NCBI GenBank assembly: GCA_964010765.1
Contig: CAXGMD010000094.1
Span: 1 to 10,839 of the forward strand
Reading direction: 5' to 3'
DNA length: 10,839 bases
DNA from: an uncultured bacterium
Lineage (GTDB): Bacteria; SAR324; NAC60-12
The stretch's first letter is position 1; every line of letters begins with the position of its first letter. Positions 6,990 through 10,839 of this stretch are shown here, piece after piece. The position numbers were made by a program, and so were the translations under genes. Under the pieces are notes generated by a model that was not told the origin of the DNA, ran no database searches, and saw only the letters and a list, made by a program, of their open reading frames with translations.

Positions 6990-8039
6990 TCATATCTTAA
7001 AGTTTGTGAACTGCATTAACTCTAAATGAATACCACCTTTTAACTCTAAAATTCCTTTTGATTTAGCTCTAACTTGTTTGCGACAACTCATCCAAGCTGA
7101 CTGTGATAGCAAAACTTCATTTTCTTCAGAATAATCACAGATTCGAAAAGCAGTATTTACTGTGTGGCCTAACAAATCAAATTGTAGTGTTTGTTTTCCA
7201 AAAATTCCAGCTACTACAGGCCCCTTGTGAATACCACAGTGTAGCTTCCATTTTTGTGGTGATTCAGATGCAATTCTTTGCATCTGAACTGCAAGTTCAA
7301 TTGCACTGATTATCGGTTGGTTAGAAAAAGTGTGAATCCCAGAAACCGCGAAGAATGCATCTCCAATAGTTTTAATTTTTTCAAATCCATAATCCGACAT
7401 TGATTCTTCATAATGCTCAAAAAGAGATTGAAGTGATTCAACAACGGCCTCCGGTGAGTTTTCCTCAGAAAAACTTGTAAAACTGACTAGATCAGAAACC
7501 AATAACACAACGTCTTCATATCTCCTCGGCTTCAGGTAATCTTGCGATTTCAAGTCTCCGATAGCCATTTTAGGTAAAACTGAATGCAGTAATTCATCAG
7601 ATTGCTTCTTCTCCTCCTCAATCTTGTGGAAATATTGAGTTTCCATATCATGCATCATCTTCTTATTAAGACTAGAAGACACTCTAGCCTTCAGAATCGT
7701 ACTGTTGAACGGCTTTGTAATAAAGTCGTCAGCACCACTCTGAATGCACTTTGCAGCTATTTCTCTTTCATCAGAGGCAGTGATCATAATTACAGGAATA
7801 TGCCGCAGGGTAGGATCTGATTTGATTTCTTCAAGAACCTCCAATCCACTAATGTCGGGCATCATTAGGTCCAACAAAATCAAATCATAAGGATTAGAGT
7901 TAACTAGTTGCAGCGCATCAGTACCATTCTTTGCTGAGGTTAGTTGGGTGTAACCATCCTTTTTTAATCGACGCTCAAGTGTGTAAATATTATCTTCCTG
8001 GTCATCTACTAAAAGAATAGATGGATTAAACTTAGGCAT
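6990..8039 (-). CDS. Response-regulator adenylate cyclase (REC + class III nucleotide cyclase), 349 aa
   Basis: REC: LLVDD, DLILLDLMMP, MITA, FITKPF. Coiled linker EEEKKQSDELLHSVLP. Cyclase: SDLVSFT (metal Asp 1), EKIKTIGD (adenine-specifying Lys, metal Asp 2), QFDLLG (adenine-specifying Asp), TVNTAFR (Asn/Arg) and ELKG. Confidence 0.93.
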   Translation of the reverse strand: MPKFNPSILLVDDQEDNIYTLERRLKKDGYTQLTSAKNGTDALQLVNSNPYDLILLDLMMPDISGLEVLEEIKSDPTLRHIPVIMITASDEREIAAKCIQSGADDFITKPFNSTILKARVSSSLNKKMMHDMETQYFHKIEEEKKQSDELLHSVLPKMAIGDLKSQDYLKPRRYEDVVLLVSDLVSFTSFSEENSPEAVVESLQSLFEHYEESMSDYGFEKIKTIGDAFFAVSGIHTFSNQPIISAIELAVQMQRIASESPQKWKLHCGIHKGPVVAGIFGKQTLQFDLLGHTVNTAFRICDYSEENEVLLSQSAWMSCRKQVRAKSKGILELKGGIHLELMQFTNFKI

Positions 8040-8044
8040 ATCAT

Positions 8045-8407
8045 TTAATTGATAAGATTATTAATTTTTGATAGTAATCTTGTAATATCAACTGGTTTAG
8101 TGTCATAATCATCACAACCTGCCTCTAAGGCCTTATCTTTGTGTTCCTGCATTGCATGAGCAGACAAAGCAATTACAGGAATCAGTTTGGTTTCTGGTTC
8201 TGACTTTAGTATTTTTGTCGCCTCCCAGCCATCTAACAATGGAAGACTCAAATCCATTAAAATAAGGTCTGGTTTTAGTTCGCGAGCCGCTTTTAAACCT
8301 TCCTCACCATCTTTGGCAATCGTAATAGCGAAGCCTTTCTTCTTCAACCTCTTACTAAGCATGTAAATGTTATCTTCGTTATCTTCGACATAAAGTATAT
8401 TAGTCAT
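8045..8407 (-). CDS. Single-domain response regulator (DivK/CheY-like receiver), 120 aa
   Basis: ATG 8407 lies 1 nt after the kinase stop, with GGAG upstream. Motifs ILYVEDNEDN, PDLILMDLSLP, IALSAHAM and GCDDYDTKP. Confidence 0.93.
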   Translation of the reverse strand: MTNILYVEDNEDNIYMLSKRLKKKGFAITIAKDGEEGLKAARELKPDLILMDLSLPLLDGWEATKILKSEPETKLIPVIALSAHAMQEHKDKALEAGCDDYDTKPVDITRLLSKINNLIN

Positions 8408-8408
8408 T

Positions 8409-10838
8409 TTATGCTCCATTCTTTTTAAAATCCATTTCACTTAATATGTGTGTTAGTCTTTGCACAACATCGTCATTTGAATACTCTGATTTGTTCAAAA
8501 CTTGGATCGCTGATGATGAAAGAAACGCCTTTTCTTGATTACTCAAGTCCGCACCGGTGAGTACTAAAACTGGAACAGACTGGGAATACTTTTCTCTGAA
8601 AGAAACCAGAAATTCAAATCCGTTCATCTCCGGCATTACCAGATCCAATAAAATCAGATCTGGAAGTTCTTCGTTTTCGCTCAGAATCTTCAGGGCTTCT
8701 AAACCGTTTGCAGCCAGATCCGTCTCATATCCGGTTTTTACTAAGACATTATCGATTGACAGTCGAATCGACTCATCGTCTTCAACTACCAAGATCCTTC
8801 TTCCGGCACTTTGTCCGATAAACTTTTCTACTGCCTGAATCAGGTTGGCCCTATCCACTGGTTTGATCAGGTACTCGGAAGCCCCTAAACCAATGCCTTT
8901 GCCCTTCTCATCAATGATGGATGCCATAATCACGGGGATGTGTTCTGTCTCTGGGTCTGCTTTCAGGGTTCTCAGGACAGACCAGCCATCAATCCCAGGC
9001 ATCAACACGTCCAAGGTGATTGCATCTGGTTGGGCCTCCCGGGCCAGTTTAACTCCCTCATTCCCATCGCTGGCCGTTAAGACTCCAAAACCCTCCTTAT
9101 CGAGATGTCTCTGCATTAAACCAAGAACCGTTGGATCATCATCGATGACTAGAATCCTTTTCTGGCCTGGTCTCTCATCAATACCAACGGAAACAGGAGA
9201 ATTATTGAGTTCACTTTCAACCAATTCTGCAGGCTGAAAAGTAGCTGTAAAGACGGTGCCCTTATTCGGCTCACTTTTCACAGTCACGTCCCCACCTAGC
9301 AGACGAGCCAGCAATCTCGAGATGGTCAACCCCAGGCCAGTGCCACCATATTTTCGGGTTGTGGAGCTGTCAGCCTGTGAAAACGATTTGAAAAGACGCT
9401 GCAGTTGCTCCTCATTCATTCCAATACCAGTGTCTTCCACCTCGATTTCAATCAGTGGTTGATTGGTAATTGTCGCTGCTAGTCTGATATTCAAGGTGAC
9501 AGTCCCATTTTCAGTAAATTTACAGGCATTGGAAACTAGATTGTAAATGATCTGTTTAATCCGAGTCTGATCGGATTTGATAACTTGCACTTCATCTTCA
9601 AAGTTGACTGTCAAACGATTGTTATTCTTGGCAGCTAGTGTTTCGGAGGTGTTGATAATGTCTTGGATTAAGTCAGAAAAATTAAATGCTTCTAGATAGA
9701 TCTCGATTTTTCCAGCTTCTATTTTGGAGAGATCCAAGACGTCATTAATTAGAGACAGGAGGTGTTTGCTGGCGTTGTGGATCCGATCAAGAGGTTCAAG
9801 GTATTCAGTATAGCCATCATCTTCAGCATCTTCTTTAAGCATCTCTGTCAGCCCGATCACGGCATTGAGTGGCGTCCGTAACTCATGACTCATGTTGGCG
9901 AGAAATTGACTTTTAGCTGCATTGGCTTCATTTGCAGTATTTTTTGCTTTCTCTAAGTCTTTGATTGTATGTTCTAGTTCAGCTTCCTTCTCATCAAGCT
10001 CTGTAACATCTGTTAATACAGCAATGTTCCAAGAGTTTTCTAAAGCGAACGAATTCCTGATGAATCTTCTATTTTTTCGAATGAGTCTTTGCTCTGGTCT
10101 GCTTTTAAAAGCTGTATCGTACTCTTTAAACGATTTAAATACTTGATCAGCCATCCCTACTTTAGCTGCTTCACTGTTCATTTGAAAAAAAGTCATTCCA
10201 ACATATGGCTTAAATTTTTCATTAGTAAATAAATCAAGCCAAATGTTATTAGCAAAGAACAGTTTCTCATGATTATCCCAAAGTATAATTGGATTTGATA
10301 TTTTTTCTAATGCTATTCGAAGAGTTTCACTATGTTTTTGTTGTTCTTTTAGAGAGGTGATATCAACTCTCGTACTTAACAACCCGCCACTTTTCAAACG
10401 TAACTCTCTTAGTTCATAGATTTTTCCACCGATATTTTTTTCGGATTTTTCTTCCTGCAAAATACCTTTTCTATTTGATAATGAATTTTGAAGAATGTCA
10501 TTGGAATTCATATTTTTAAATGTATTTATTTCTTTCGGACTTCCGCTAAATATTTTTTTGTTTTCGTCGAAATTTTTTATGTATTCTTTAACAAATTCTT
10601 CCCAAGTCATGCCTAATTTAACCTCAATACCCCGCTCATCATTTATTTCTTTTGATGCTTTATTCATATAAAGTAAAGAGTCATTTTCATCCCATAAATC
10701 AATAAGAATTGGTAATTCATTGATCGCTTCAGACAATTTTTGCTGAACGTTCTGACTATTCTTGAGGTTCGTTATATCAGCTCCAGTTGTTAGAACATCG
10801 CCGTTAGATAATCTTTTATCCATGGTTAACAATATTTT
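8409..10838 (-). CDS. Hybrid sensor histidine kinase: tandem PAS-like domains + HisKA + HATPase_c + REC + REC, 5'-truncated by the window edge
   Basis: Frame is open to the window end. PAS-type ends ADIT, VDIT and TDVT with LWDEND / LWDNHE starts. H-box [15 protein letters not shown]-box [11 protein letters not shown]1 DTGIGM, F-box FKSFSQAD, G2 GGTGLGL. REC1 IDDD...LDVLMP...KP; REC2 VEDD...LDLVMP...K. Confidence 0.95.
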   Translation of the reverse strand, partial: KILLTMDKRLSNGDVLTTGADITNLKNSQNVQQKLSEAINELPILIDLWDENDSLLYMNKASKEINDERGIEVKLGMTWEEFVKEYIKNFDENKKIFSGSPKEINTFKNMNSNDILQNSLSNRKGILQEEKSEKNIGGKIYELRELRLKSGGLLSTRVDITSLKEQQKHSETLRIALEKISNPIILWDNHEKLFFANNIWLDLFTNEKFKPYVGMTFFQMNSEAAKVGMADQVFKSFKEYDTAFKSRPEQRLIRKNRRFIRNSFALENSWNIAVLTDVTELDEKEAELEHTIKDLEKAKNTANEANAAKSQFLANMSHELRTPLNAVIGLTEMLKEDAEDDGYTEYLEPLDRIHNASKHLLSLINDVLDLSKIEAGKIEIYLEAFNFSDLIQDIINTSETLAAKNNNRLTVNFEDEVQVIKSDQTRIKQIIYNLVSNACKFTENGTVTLNIRLAATITNQPLIEIEVEDTGIGMNEEQLQRLFKSFSQADSSTTRKYGGTGLGLTISRLLARLLGGDVTVKSEPNKGTVFTATFQPAELVESELNNSPVSVGIDERPGQKRILVIDDDPTVLGLMQRHLDKEGFGVLTASDGNEGVKLAREAQPDAITLDVLMPGIDGWSVLRTLKADPETEHIPVIMASIIDEKGKGIGLGASEYLIKPVDRANLIQAVEKFIGQSAGRRILVVEDDESIRLSIDNVLVKTGYETDLAANGLEALKILSENEELPDLILLDLVMPEMNGFEFLVSFREKYSQSVPVLVLTGADLSNQEKAFLSSSAIQVLNKSEYSNDDVVQRLTHILSEMDFKKNGA

Positions 10839-10839
10839 T

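Noticed and set aside
6990..7530. Guanylate cyclase or catalytically dead cyclase
   Set aside because: Specificity residues are Lys/Asp (ATP type), not Glu/Cys, and both metal Asp plus the Asn/Arg pair are present. The only deviation noted is His for the usual Arg in LHCGIH.
7103..10146. Plus-strand ORFs antisense to the signalling operon
   Set aside because: Ser/Phe-rich mirror-frame products typical of the reverse strand of real genes, with no motifs.
1..10839. CRISPR array, tRNA/rRNA, IS element, integrase, reverse transcriptase or defence genes
   Set aside because: No regularly spaced repeats, cloverleaf or rRNA-like sequence, or corresponding protein motifs were seen. Nearly all of the sequence is explained by the listed genes and stubs.

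Overview
Bacterial accessory region with three blocks. (1) 1-1618 (+): two short-chain dehydrogenases/reductases around a small uncharacterised membrane protein. (2) 1630-6794: a decaying LacI-controlled sugar/glycoside catabolic locus. A Gfo/Idh/MocA oxidoreductase, a xylose-isomerase-like TIM-barrel gene and the LacI regulator are intact, and a textbook LacI-family operator lies at 4670-4683. Between them only the 3' stubs of an ABC ATPase, a probable glycoside hydrolase and an aldo/keto reductase remain. A TolB/PD40 beta-propeller gene carries a G8 frameshift and an in-frame TAG. (3) 6990-10839 (-): a more AT-rich signalling operon. It encodes a multi-PAS hybrid histidine kinase with two receivers (5' end outside the window), a stand-alone receiver and a receiver-fused class III adenylate cyclase with a full ATP-specific catalytic set. 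This kinase-to-cAMP module is the best candidate for an uncharacterised system. Its kinase gene switches synonymous base usage abruptly at the H-box, which suggests a swapped sensor region. I saw no RNA genes, CRISPR array, transposase or integrase. All family calls come from motif recognition by eye, not database searches.
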